Shown: piece after piece, positions 1 to 11,358 of the stretch
How positions within the stretch are numbered: position 1 is the stretch's first letter
Layout of the letters: each line of letters starts with the position of its first letter
NCBI RefSeq assembly: GCF_030028105.1
Contig: NC_092389.1
Location: 14,185,180 to 14,249,179 of the forward strand
Reading direction: 5' to 3'
Origin: Mobula birostris
Lineage: Eukaryota
Length of the DNA stretch: 64,000 bases
Made by a program: the position numbers and the translations under genes
The notes under the pieces: generated by a model
Seen by the model: the letters and a program-made list of their open reading frames with translations, nothing else
What the model was told of the DNA's origin: nothing
Databases searched by the model: none

Positions 1-1883
1 GTTTTGTTTTTTTCTTTTTCATGATTTTTTTTCCAGTGTTTTTTTTTGCTTTGTATTATCCGTTGTTAGTTCTACATGATTGGGAGCTTTGTTAATTTAC
101 ACTATTTGGTTTTGCAACTACTTTTTTAACTGTAACAATATATCTCCTATTTGTATTATTGCTATGTTTTTCTATATTTTGAAATTAATAAAAAGATTGA
201 AAAAGAAAGAAAGAGAATAGACAGACAGAATTCTTAATTTGTCAACGCAGTATCTGATTATTTTACACCGTTGGGAAAGGAGAGGAGAAAATTTTAAAAG
301 ACGAAGTACCTCAGAACATTCTCACTTATTAAGCTGCCATGTAATTACTTACTTGAATTATCAAAAGATGTTTTCTACTTTGAATATTTTCAGAAAAGTT
401 TAATAAGAACACTTAAAAGACAAATAACATTTAAAAGACTTTTGGATAAGTTCATGGATAGGAAGGGTTTAGAGGGATAAGGGTCAAATGCAGGTAAATG
501 GGCCTTGGTGGGCACCATGGTAAGTATAGACAAGTAGGACCAAAAGGCATGTTTCTGTGCTGTGTTACCCTGACTCTAAAACTTGCTGATACTTAACTCC
601 TTCAGAGTTCAAAATCAAAAGTGCTTGAATGTTCAAAAGACAAATAACAGCAGTCTGGAGTGCAGGAAGGCCAGAGGAGATTCCTGTGGAATTGGACCAT
701 CTACATTTATCAAGTGCACCAAAATAATCTAAAGAAAAATTCCACTCTATTATATACCCTCTCTTTGGCTTTTATTTTGGCTTTGAATTAAAAGCTCTTA
801 CTTTCATTTGTGCTTAAGTTTTTTTGAATGAATTTATCATTTTGGAATGTAACAATTAAACTTGAGCACCAATCCACACTCTGCATTCAGAGCTCGAATT
901 CCAGTGACATGGATGGGCGACAAAGGACATCCACAGTCCATGCTTCCACTCCACGTTCGAAGGCTGGTGACCAAGAATCCTCGTGAGTAGGTGGCACGAG
1001 GGTTGGTCAGTCAGCGCGCTTGGAGTTTGAGCCTGGAGGTTGCGGTCCCATCATTGGCTAGTCCAGAGGTCAATGCTGAAAATCAGAGCTTGAATGTCAA
1101 TTGGTAGTCTGGAAGTCAAAGACCAATAGACTGGATCCTGTCCTGGATTTGGAGTATTTTCCATATGGATGGGTAGTTAAAAATGGAGGGTGGGAGGGAG
1201 GAATGGAGCTCATTTTGTTGCTTGCTGTGTTTTGCGTTCTTCTGCTAAGCATTGTGGGCATGCTAGTTGGCATCAGAATGGGTATTGACACTTGCACTTG
1301 AATCTGCAATCTCAACCTAAACAATAAGTTATACCAATCAATGATTAGATCAAAGAGTAAGGATGCAGCTTCAAAAAATTGAACAAAATATTCAAGGGGA
1401 TATGAGGAAACAAAAACAACCAAGATTATCAAAATGGAATTCCAGAAGGCAAAGGCTTAGGATAGAGGGATGTCCACTTGGAACAGAAATGAGGAGGAAT
1501 TTCTTCAGCCAGAGGGTGGTGAATCTGTGGAATTCATTGCCATGGATGGCAAGTCATTGAGTATATTTAAACCAGAGGTTGATAGGTTCTTGAATAGCCA
1601 GGGTATCAAAGGTTACGGGGAGAAGGCAGGAGAATGGGCTTGAGAGGGATAATAAATCAGCCATGATGAAATGGTAGAGCAGACTCAATGGGTTGAATGG
1701 CCTAATTCTGCTCTTCTGTCGTGGTCTTATGGTGTTATGGCATTTGTGGGAAAATAATGTGAAAACAATTGGGAAGAGGCGAATCATGAACACAGTTTCT
1801 GCAAATGCTGGAAATCCAAAGCAGCGCACACAACATGCTGAATGAACTCAGCAGGCCAGACAGTAACTATGGAAGTGAATAAA

Positions 1884-1920
1884 TAGTCAAGTTTCGAGCC
1901 GAGACCCTTCATCAGGACTG
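1884..1920 (-). ncRNA. Minimal type I hammerhead ribozyme motif (Penelope-associated), decayed copy
   Basis: Minus strand reads CAGTC-CTGATGA-A-GGGT-CTCG-GCTC-GAAAC-TT-GACTA. The CUGAUGA and GAAA core and stems I and II are present; stem III has a 1-nt deletion relative to the family consensus. Confidence 0.7.
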
Positions 1921-2479
1921 GAAAGGAAGGGGGATGATGCCAGAATAAAAAGATGGGGGAGGGGAAGGAGGGTGGTTAGAAGGTGATAGGTGAAGCCAGG
2001 TGGGTAGGAAAGACAAAGAAGTGATATTGATGAGATTGTGAAACTAGGAACTGGCACAGATTTGAGGGGTTGAATGGCTTTCTTCTGTGCCCTAGTGACT
2101 CCCTGAGCTTAACCATAACAGGAGGACCTTTGTGCTAGTATGCACTCTTGGAAATGTTCTGAAGAGCTGATGCAAGTGATAATGAACCAAAATGGCTGCT
2201 TATCCACAGAGCAGGAACCTGCTATGGTTAGCAGCCAGTTAGCAATTTGATTGGAATCTATGCAATAAAAGAATTAAAAGAATCAAAGACTTTGCAGTTA
2301 CAAAGGTAGTTATTTTCCCAGTTAAGGAGACACAGGTGATGGCAGATGATGAATCTGGAGTAATATACAAAACACTGTAGGAGTTCAGTAGGAGGAAAAA
2401 AGACGGTCAATGTTTCAAATCAAAACGCTTCCTTAGGATCCAATCAGTCCTGTGCCTGTGCTATCTTTTCAATCTAATC

Positions 2480-3010
2480 CTTGGAGTATTTGTGAGCATT
2501 TTTGGGTATGGTGGCACTGGAGAGGGTCCAGAGGAGGTTCATGAGAATGATCTGGGGAAAGAGAGGGTTAACATGCGAGGAATGTCAGATTTCTCTGGGC
2601 CTGTACTTGCTGGAGCTCCGAAGCATGCGGAAGGATCTCATTGAAACCTATCGAATATTGGAAGACCTAGATAAAGTGGACATGGAGAGGATGTTTCCAA
2701 TAGTGGGAGAATCTAGGACTAGGGGACACAGCATCAGAATAGAAGGACGTCCCTTTAGAAAAGAGATGAGGAATTTCTCTAGCCAGAGGGTGGCAAATCT
2801 GTGGAATTCACTGCACCGAAGGTTGTGGAGGACAAGTTATTGGATATATTTAAAGCAGAGGTTGATAGACCCTCGATTAGTGAAGGCTTCAAAGGTCATG
2901 GGGAAAAGGCAGGAGAATGGGGTTGAGAGGGAAATAAATCTGCTGTAATGGAAAGGCAGAGCAGACTCGATGAACTAAATGGCCTAATTCTATTCATATG
3001 TCTTTATGTT
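2480..3010 (+). mobile_element. CR1 3' fragment (similar fragments at ~1445-1740 +, ~11993-12420 -, ~35770-36180 +)
   Basis: LERVQRRF...DLIETY...ESRTRGHS peptide and CR1 3' UTR. Confidence 0.85.
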
Positions 3011-3791
3011 ATAATTACAGACTACCAGGCTTTGATTACAGTCCTAGAATACCAATCCTCATTAATTTATCTAACATCCTACCATGTTTTGTTGTTGGGT
3101 GCGCCAGGACAAAGCAAGTACTGCATATTTCCTGACACACAAGATGCTATTTTAACACAACGGGTCTGCGCTAGTTTACAGAGAAATACCATTTCCTGCT
3201 AATTTTCCCTGTAATCTATTCCCCTCATATTCCCAGGTTCTACCTCAATGCACTATGGGCTACTTACAATAGCCAATTAACCTACAAACCTGCACATCTT
3301 TGGGATGTGGGACAAAACTGGAGCACCTGGTGGAAATCAATGTGGCCGCAGGGAGAATGTATAAAACCCAAACCATAAAAACATGAAATTAGGAGCAGGA
3401 ATAGGACCCCCAGCCCCTCTATCCAGCCCCACCATTGTATAAAATCATGTTCTGACCCAGCCTTGCCTTCTCTTGTGCTGATTCCCCTGAGCCCTTAATA
3501 CTCCTTAAAGGGGGTCACTTGAGTTGCGAAGTAGCCATTTTACCAGCTACAGCACATTCGACGAAGCTGAGAAAATGGTGGACATCTTGGCTTTGCATCG
3601 GACCTGAAAGATGGTGCCTCCAACTGCGAAGCACTCTCTCAAGGCAGCAGTGAAGTGAACTACCCCTCAGCACTGCTCCTTCATGAGCACAACTCACAGT
3701 GTGACTTGCAACCCCCAACCTCTGATGTGAAGCTTATTCAGAAATAACAAACTTTTCCTTTAACATTTGCCCTAATGAAAGTTGAACTCAC

Positions 3792-3843
3792 CCTGTAAGA
3801 GCAAGGTTGCAGTTAGGACAATTCCAGTGAATGTCCACAACAT
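3792..3843 (-). CDS. Signal-peptide coding exon (MLWTFTGIVLTATLLLQ-G) of a divergently transcribed gene, candidate CD3-family chain; downstream exons not identified in the window
   Basis: The minus strand reads aaagATG TTG TGG ACA TTC ACT GGA ATT GTC CTA ACT GCA ACC TTG CTC TTA CAG G|gtgagt: A at -3, 17 mostly hydrophobic codons and a canonical phase-1 donor. A strong acceptor (ccttttgcttattttctgaacag) places the exon start at 3904. The CD3 identity is inferred from synteny and from resemblance to the CD3G leader end 'LLQG'. Confidence 0.55.
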
Positions 3844-5428
3844 CTTTGCTCCTAGATCCTTGGGAGTCACAGCTTCCTGCCTCCTTGCACACCGAGTCCG
3901 TTAGCTGTTCAGAAAATAAGCAAAAGGCTCAGGCCCCTACCCAAACTTTGCGAGTTTCTCGCTCAGAGCTGGTAGCTGCTGGAGTACTTAGCGTTGAACA
4001 GGAAACAAGAGCATCAACTGACTTCACAAACCACGGCCTGGTGTGTGCAGCTTCTCAAAAACACGCTGAAAGCCACATCCCCCGCATCACACAGTTTCCA
4101 TGCTGATTCCAAATCGCTCTCTTTACATTGACATTAACAAATCTACAAATAACAGAGCAGCAGTGGAAAAGAGATTGAAATCTAATTGAGGGGTAGTGTT
4201 GGATTAACTGAGTGTGTCTTAGATGGTGGGAGGAAGGTGAAGGGGAGACTATAGGGAGGGGATTAGAGGGCAAGGTATGGTAGGGAAAGTGAATGAGAGG
4301 AGGTGTGAGGGAGGAAAGAGGATAGGGGACAGAGTGAGCTACGCATCAGATAGGGAGTCATGTTCACAGGAGCTGGATTATTAGAACAAGGAGTGCTTTG
4401 AGATCCTTTGCAAATCAGGTTCTGAGACCTCAAAGATACCTTCAATACCTTGAAGATAAATGTTAAAATTGTTTCTGTAGCCCCTTCAAGACCAGCACTA
4501 TATCTCCCATTTCAAACCCAGTGCAAAGTGAAAATACTGGAATATTGTCATACTTGACTTGTGATCTTCGTTGGTACTAACCTTTGATTTAAAACATTAA
4601 CTCTGTCTCTCTCTCTCTTCACAGATGCTGCCTGACCTGCTGAGTGTTTCTAGCACATTTTGTTTGTATTTCCAACATCTGCAGCTTATTGTTTTTCAAC
4701 ATTTTGTAGAATTTTGCTGCCTGGGTCTGAATTGAATTCAGCCTCTGTTTACCCATTGCACCTGTGCTCACTGACCTATATTGGCACATGTATAAAACCT
4801 CAGAATCAATATCTTTGCTTCCAAATTGCTCTGTGATTTTGCTCCCACGCCACTCCACCTCCGCAACTCCTCTCTTCCCTCTCCTCATGCCTAGTATTTC
4901 CAAGGCTCCAACCATCAAAATTCCCTTCCTCAATCTTTTCTCTCTCAGGACACTTCATAAAACCTAATTGTTTTTGTTTTTTTTTGTCCCAAGTTAAACT
5001 TGGACACAAATTTTGTCTTGTCAAACAATTTTTCTGTTAATGAACCTATACAATTTTTGAACATTTCTTGACTTCGAGTCATTTTTATCTCAGTTTATTT
5101 TTGGGGGAAAAGATATCCTTTGATTTGAATCTATGTTCTATTCACAACCACTCCCTATAGATAAACGTTTAATTGGTCTTGGTTTTCATACAGTCGTGTT
5201 TTCTGATAAACTGAAATGGAGTGATCATCGAACGCTGCATTTTACATTTTGTTCAAGCTTCATATTTATTGGCTTCAAACACCTGCAGGATTGAGGGCTC
5301 TCCATTTTAGAAGGAGTCAAAGTCGATCAACAATGTCACCTCAAAATGGTAGCCAAATACCATGAAGCTCTTTCAGTGTGACTGCAGGGGCGCTGTTGTT
5401 CCTTTCTGCATTGATAAGCAGTTTATAT

Positions 5429-5442
5429 CGCCACCTGCTGAC
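5429..5442 (-). promoter_or_regulatory. Candidate CTCF site
   Basis: The reverse complement GTCAGCAGGTGGCG matches the CTCF core CCASYAGRKGGCR with one mismatch, and it lies in non-repeat sequence. Confidence 0.45.
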
Positions 5443-6618
5443 AAGAAACTAGTACTACAGAGAAACTGGCACCTTGAGAGACTTCTTAAGATCCATCCTC
5501 TGCCTACAGTTACTCTCTGATTTTGGTGTTGTTGGACTGGCAGACTGCTTGCATGTGGTGGTTATCTAGGACAGTCCAGAAGCAGGCATACAGTCCCTTC
5601 ACTTTTTATTCTGGTGACGTCCTCCTTCCTTCTCAGTCCTGAAGAAGGATCTCAGCCTGAAACATTGACCGTTGATTCATTTCCATAGATGCTGCCTGAC
5701 CTGCTGTGTTCCTCCAGCGTTTTTTTTGTTTGATGCATAAATTAGCATGAACTTAAATTAATATATAAATGATGCATAATTTACATGTGCAAAAATAAAC
5801 GATATCATTCTATACATTTAATATTTACTATCACTTTTTTCTTGTAAATGCTAAAATCTTTCCAAGCCTCAGGTTTACTGCTCTTTTTTTGTTCTATTAC
5901 TATCTTGTTTTGTTAGCTTCTTCCAGAACAATTTTCCTGTGCGGTTTAAAAGGACACATATTTATTATAAGCTACACTTTAATTTGTGTTTACTGTCATG
6001 ATTTTTAATATCATTCCCCAATCTACCAGAGCCAGGCCATGCTTTGTTAATGTTAAGAGACTGAGGAGATATCAATGTCATATGTATCATTCTGACTGGT
6101 GGCATCATGGCCCTGCTATGGAGACTGCGATACACAGGATCGAAAGGGGCTTCTATCGAGGACATCTTCAAAAGGTGGTAACTCAGGAAGGCAGCATCTA
6201 TCATTATCTGGGATATGCCCTCTTCCATTACTATCATCAAGGGGAAGGCATTGGAGCCTGAAGAACTACACTCAATGTTTTAGGAACAGCTTTTTCCCTT
6301 CTGCCATCAGATTTCTGAATGGCCCATTAACAGTACCTTACTATTCCTCTTTTGCACTATTTGTTTATTTATCTATTCAACGATTGTTTGTGACTTTTGG
6401 TAATTTGTTCCACCTGCACTGTACTGCTGCCTCAAAACAACAAACCTCACAACTAATAAATAGAGATTCTACAGATGCTGGAAATCTAGAGCAACACACA
6501 CAAATTGCTGGAGGAACTCAGTAAGTCAGGCAGCATCTACAGAGAGGAATAAAGAGTTGACTGATTTCACGTCTTAAGCCAGTGACAATAAACCTGATTG
6601 GATTCTGATTCTGTACAG

Positions 6619-6637
6619 TGCTGCCCTCTGTTGGCCA
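6619..6637 (-). promoter_or_regulatory. Candidate CTCF site
   Basis: The reverse complement TGGCCAACAGAGGGCAGCA is a near-consensus CTCF motif, in the same orientation as the 5429 site. Confidence 0.5.
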
Positions 6638-6709
6638 TGGTGAGTAGATCTTCTGGCACACATTCCTTTCCCTGAATGTAGTGCGCCAAGTGGCAGCAGC
6701 TTGTGTTAA

Positions 6710-7460
6710 ATTTAGAGCAACACACAAAAAGTACTGGAGGAACTCAGTGGGTCAGGTGTCAAAGGAAGGAAATGGACAGTCAAACTTTCCAGTTGAAACC
6801 CTGACCTGGAATGAAAGATAGCTGTATAAAAAGATGGAGGGAAGGAGTGGTGATGATAGGCAGATGGGGGAGGGGAGAGTGGGAATAGTGCCAGAAGCTG
6901 GGAGGTGATAGGAGGAAATGACAAAGGGCTAAAGACAATAGAATCTGATAGGTAGGTGGACTATGGAATTGAGGGAGGGAGGTGGGGAAGCCAATAGGAA
7001 TGGCGGGAGAGGGGAACCAGTGTGAGAAGTATGTGGGGGATGTGCAGATGGAGAGGAAAGAGGCAATGTGATGGGGAACAGGTAGATCGAGAATAGAGAG
7101 AAAGGGGGCAAAGGGGGGCAGTTACTGGAACTTGGAGAATTCAACATTAATGCTATCAGATGGATTATGATGTGCTGTTCTGCTAGTTTGCATTTAGTCA
7201 TGTGGAGGAGTCCAGAGACAGACATGTTGGGGTGGAAATGAAGGGGAAGGGTCCGATTTGAAAATGGCTCGCAACCCAGAGATCAACGAACAGCAGGTGG
7301 AGCAGAGGTGCTCAGTGAGGCAGTCGTCCAGTCTGCTTTGAGGCTCGTTGATGTCAAGGAGGCCTCTTTGGGAGCACTGGATGCTATAAGTACCACTGCG
7401 GCATTTGTATGAGAAATACTGCCTCCTCGGAAGAGTTACTTAGGGCCCTGCATGGTGGTG
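6710..7460 (-). mobile_element. Penelope-like element 3' region with a GIY-YIG endonuclease remnant and terminal repeat
   Basis: The minus strand encodes decayed YSIQCSQRGLL.I.E..SRLDDCLTEH and MSVSGLLH..KCKLAEQHII, matching the PLE GIY-YIG C-terminus, followed by the shared terminal module. Confidence 0.75.
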
Positions 7461-7653
7461 AAGGGGGAGCATAGGGAAAGGCTCTTCACAAGAAGAGTGA
7501 ACTTTGCCTGGCCTGGTCCATCCACGTTGATGTCAAGGCCAAGAAAGGTCAGCAATGCTTCTACTTCCTTAGGCAGCTTAAGAAATTTTGCAAATCCCTG
7601 TCAACCTTTACCCTTTTTATTGATGCAACATAAAAAGCATCCTGTCTGGCTGC

Positions 7654-7838
7654 GAGCAACACACACAACGTGCTGGAGGAACTCAGCAGGCCAGGCAGCG
7701 TCTATGGAAACGGTCTCGGCCCGAAACGTCAACTGTACTTTTTCCCCCCCATAAGACGCTGCCCGGCCTGCTGAGTTCCTCCAGCATTTTGTGTGTGTCA
7801 CTCGGATTTCCAGCATCTGCAGATTTTTCTCTTGTTTG
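7654..7838. mobile_element. Short Penelope terminal insertion with inverted arms
   Basis: Arms 7659-7707 and 7749-7798 are reverse complements. A ctgtctgg(c/a)tgc TSD (7642-7653 and 7839-7850) flanks the insert inside a LINE fragment. Confidence 0.8.
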
Positions 7839-8339
7839 CTGTCTGGATGCATCATGGCCTTGAATGACAACTGCTCTGCACGTGACTGCAAGAAACTGCA
7901 GAGAGTTGTGGACCCAGCTCAGCACATCACAGAAAGCACCCCCTCCTCCCTGGACTCTGCCAACACTTCTCGCTGCCCCAGTAAAGCAGCCAGCGTATCA
8001 AAGTCCTCACTGACCCCAGATATTCTCCCTTCCTCCTCTCCCATTTGGGAGAAGATACAAAAGCTCGTGTCACAAAGTTTAAGTATAGTTTCTACCCCAA
8101 TGTTATCAGACTCTTGAACAGACCTCTTGTACAATAAGGTGGACTCTTGGTCTCAAAATCTTGCACTTTATCACTTACTGCAATCTTTCAGTAGCTTTTA
8201 CACTTGATTCTGCATTGTTATTGTTTTACCTTGTTCTAGCTCAATGCACTGTGTAGTGATTTGATCTACATGAACAGTATGCAAGACAAGCTTGTCATTG
8301 AATCTTGGTACATGTGACAAAAATAAACCAATTCCAATA

Positions 8340-9230
8340 TCATTTCCTCTTGTGGTTCCAGTAGAGTGTCTGGGGTGGGAGGGAGGGATGAGCTGGCCAG
8401 GGGATCATGGAATGGTTCCTGTAGAAAGGGCAGGGGCGAGGAAGGTGATTAGTGGCAGAGGTTTTGAAGGATGATATGCTGGATGCATAGACTGATGGGA
8501 TGGTAGTTGAGGACCAGGGGTTCTCTGCCGGGGGTGGGGGGGGGAGGGGATTAGATGAGGGCAGAAATGCAGGAACGAGAAGGAAAATGCGTGTGTGGGG
8601 AGAGGGGTGAGGCATTTTCTGAAAAAGGAGGACATCTCAGATGTCCTGGAGTGGACGGCTAGATGTCAGTGGATATTCTGTCTTTTGAAGTTGCGACAGG
8701 GAGATCAAGAAAGGGGAAGGAGATGTCAGAGATGGACATGGTCAGGGTAGAAGCTGGTGGTGGAGTTGATAAAATTGACAAGTTCTGCACTCGGGCTCCC
8801 TCTGCACCTTTTGTCGCCCTTCCTGAGCTACCTCATCCCCATCACCTTGCCTCATTCCCCTCCTCCATCTGCCCATCACTCCTCACTCCTCTCACTGGTT
8901 CCCCTTCCCCACCATTCCCCCCTGACCTCCCCACTCCCCACTCCCTCACCTCCCTGATTCCACCGTTTGCATCCCTTTGTCCCTTCCAACAGCGATTCCC
9001 AATCTCTCCTCTACCGTTTGCCTATCAGCCCGCCCACCTCACTTGGATCCACTATCACCTGCAGCTCTTGTTTTCCCTTTATACTGGCCATCTCCCCTCT
9101 TTCTAGTCCAGATGAAGGATCTCGACCCAAAAGGTCGACTGTTTCCCTCCACAGATGCTGCCCAACCCGCTGAGCTCCTTTGGCGTTTTATGTGTCGCTC
9201 CCGCGTCCCGATTCTGAAGCCACTTGTGCC
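8340..9230. mobile_element. Penelope-like insertion with an inverted RT fragment (-) joined to a 3' terminal module (+)
   Basis: The minus part encodes ELVNFIN...ISDISFPFLDL...STDI (PLE RT). The plus part has the pyrimidine tract and a decayed hammerhead motif at ~9103-9141. Confidence 0.7.
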
Positions 9231-9659
9231 TCCGGTGTTAAATTTTGGCCGATCCTTTGGGGGAGTTACAGCAAGCAACGCTGTAAGTCGACTGCCCTGC
9301 AACACTATTTTTGGAACGGAACTCCGAATTGACGCGAATGCCACACCCTAAAAATATTTCTGGTTCCCAAAAGAAAACCTGTTGCATCCTAGTTTCGTGC
9401 TGTTTCTGAGAACTTGCTTTCCTTAAATTATCTGCCGCAATTTCTACTCTTAACGATGGTGTCTGTACTCCAACATCTTAGACGTTGCGAAGTACTTGTA
9501 ACGTCTCCAAAGGCGTTCCAACTCAATAAACTGAAGTACAATGTTTTAAAACATTGTTTGATTCACACCTTCTAGACATGTAAATATATTTTACATTGTA
9601 TAAAACATTCCAACAAAACATTGTAAACGTTGGCGCCCTGACACGTCCGCAAACTTCGA

Positions 9660-9800
9660 CTGAGTAAACACTTTTTAGGCATTGATTTCGCGAGAGGCTC
9701 CGCCTCCCAATTCCATGTTTGAACTTGTGATCCACCAGTTGTTCGCCTGCCTGGAGGTTCCCAATCTCCACGACTCCGCCTGTATATAAACCCAGAGAAT
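9660..9800 (+). promoter_or_regulatory. MPZL2 proximal promoter
   Basis: TATATAAA at 9783-9790, CCAAT at 9707 and 9761, GC boxes (ggctccgcctccc 9696-9708, ctccgcc 9774-9780) and forkhead-like GTAAACA at 9664-9670. CpG is locally enriched, and the ATG lies ~50 nt downstream of the TATA box. Confidence 0.7.
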
Positions 9801-9842
9801 AATAATTTTTTAAAAAAGCAGCGAAGGTGGATCTGCGGCTCG

Positions 9843-9894
9843 ATGTGGCCCCATACCTCGTCGCGGGATCTGCTGGTGGCGGTGATACTCGCAG
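9843..9894 (+). CDS. MPZL2: MPZL2 (EVA1) coding exon 1, signal peptide MWPHTSSRDLLVAVILA-G
   Basis: ATG follows the TATA promoter, the leader is hydrophobic, and the donor gcag|gtgagt is phase 1, compatible with exon 2. Confidence 0.8.
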
Positions 9895-10833
9895 GTGAGT
9901 CTAAGGGGTTTAACACAGAGTCACGGGCAGGTTTAAAACATTTGAAAAAACCACCTGAAACCCTGTCAGTTTCAGGGGGCTCCCAGTCAGTCAATGACAG
10001 CGAAAGATATTTCATTTGGAACTTATTTTGTGAGGTAGATTTCGTAGGGCGTGGGGGAGTTATTCTTAACATTTCTGGATTCTGTCGCGTCGTCTTTCTA
10101 CACGTTTGGAAGTATTAAAAGTAGAGGGTTCCCTTAAACTCTGTCCCAGTAGCAAATAGAAATTTGGAATCGAACTGTATTTGAATATCGAGTTGAATGT
10201 TGGACATATTGAAATCTCGATCGCACAACGTCCGCCTGATGAACCTGTCTGTAGCATTCCAGAGGGAGAAGTCGGCTACAGGTTGGAGCCGGCGGAAACA
10301 GCAGGGTGGATTTTGAATGCCGGTCGGCCATGATGTGAGTTCATGGCAGAACAGGTTCTGAGATGAATGGCCTTATCAATTTCTCCTGTGCTTGGCTTCT
10401 GGTAAATTACGCCTGTATGTGAGAAATTTGGGGCAAAAGATGAGATAAGTCCCCGATAGCTTGAAAGCGCGTACCACCAGTAACAAGAATACTCCGGTAT
10501 TATAAGATTCTTGAACGAACTCCCTTACGCTAAAGATTCTAGATCGCTCAATCGATTTCGTTGTAACCCTTGTACTTTATTCTTTACCTGCGTTGCTCTT
10601 TATCTGTATATTCTATATATTTTTATTTTTATTACCTTGATGTATTTATGTATGGTATGCAAACAAAATCCATAAGACATGGGAATGGAGTTGAAGCATC
10701 GAGTCATCTGTGACATTCAATCAAGGCTGATTTATTTTCCCTCTCATCCCCATTCCCCTGCCTTCTCCCAGTAACCTTTGCCACCCAAGAACCTATAAAC
10801 CTCTGCTTTAGATATATTTTAATATATTAGATA

Positions 10834-11358
10834 CAGTACTCTGTGAAAGTCTTGGGCATATATATAGCTAAGACTTGCACAGAAATGTAGTAATTTTATG
10901 TAGTTAATTTATGTAGTGAATTTTATGTATTGCACTGTACTGCTGCAAAAGAAGCAAATTTCATGATATGTGAGTGATGATAAACCTGATTCTGATATGG
11001 GTCTCTGTTGTGGACTGAGAGTGGGAAGGGAGCAGGGAGAGGGGAATCATGGTTGGGAAAAGGGGGATGGGGAAAGGGAAGCACCAGAGAGACATTCTGT
11101 AATGATCAATAAACCAATTGTTTGGAATCAAATGATCTTGCCTGGTGTCTCAGGGCTGGGTGTGTCTGCACCCACAGCACCAGCATTCCCCTGGCACTCC
11201 TCTGCTACCTGTCCCACACCCCTCCTGGTGTTCCACCCTCACCATTCCCAATATCCTTTGCTCCTGTCAGATTTACAACCTCACTCTCTGCTCCATGTTG
11301 ACAAAAGTCTTAGGTACCCTAGCTATAGAAATGTGTCTAAGACATTTGCACAGTACTG
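10834..11358. mobile_element. Tc1/mariner-type MITE carrying a captured LINE 3' end
   Basis: TA|cagtactctgtgaaagtcttgggca ... tgtctaagacatttgcacagtactg|TA imperfect TIRs with TA TSD. The interior contains the LINE tail tattgcactgtactgctgc...aaacctgattctga. Confidence 0.75.

Noticed and set aside
590-730. Minus-strand acceptor (tttttctttag at ~729) as the next exon of the CD3-like gene; likewise one at ~2258
   Set aside because: The translations show no CD3 or Ig features, and no good donor follows.
5381-5395. Third CTCF-like motif actgcaggggcgctg
   Set aside because: It is one base short in the core spacing relative to the consensus.
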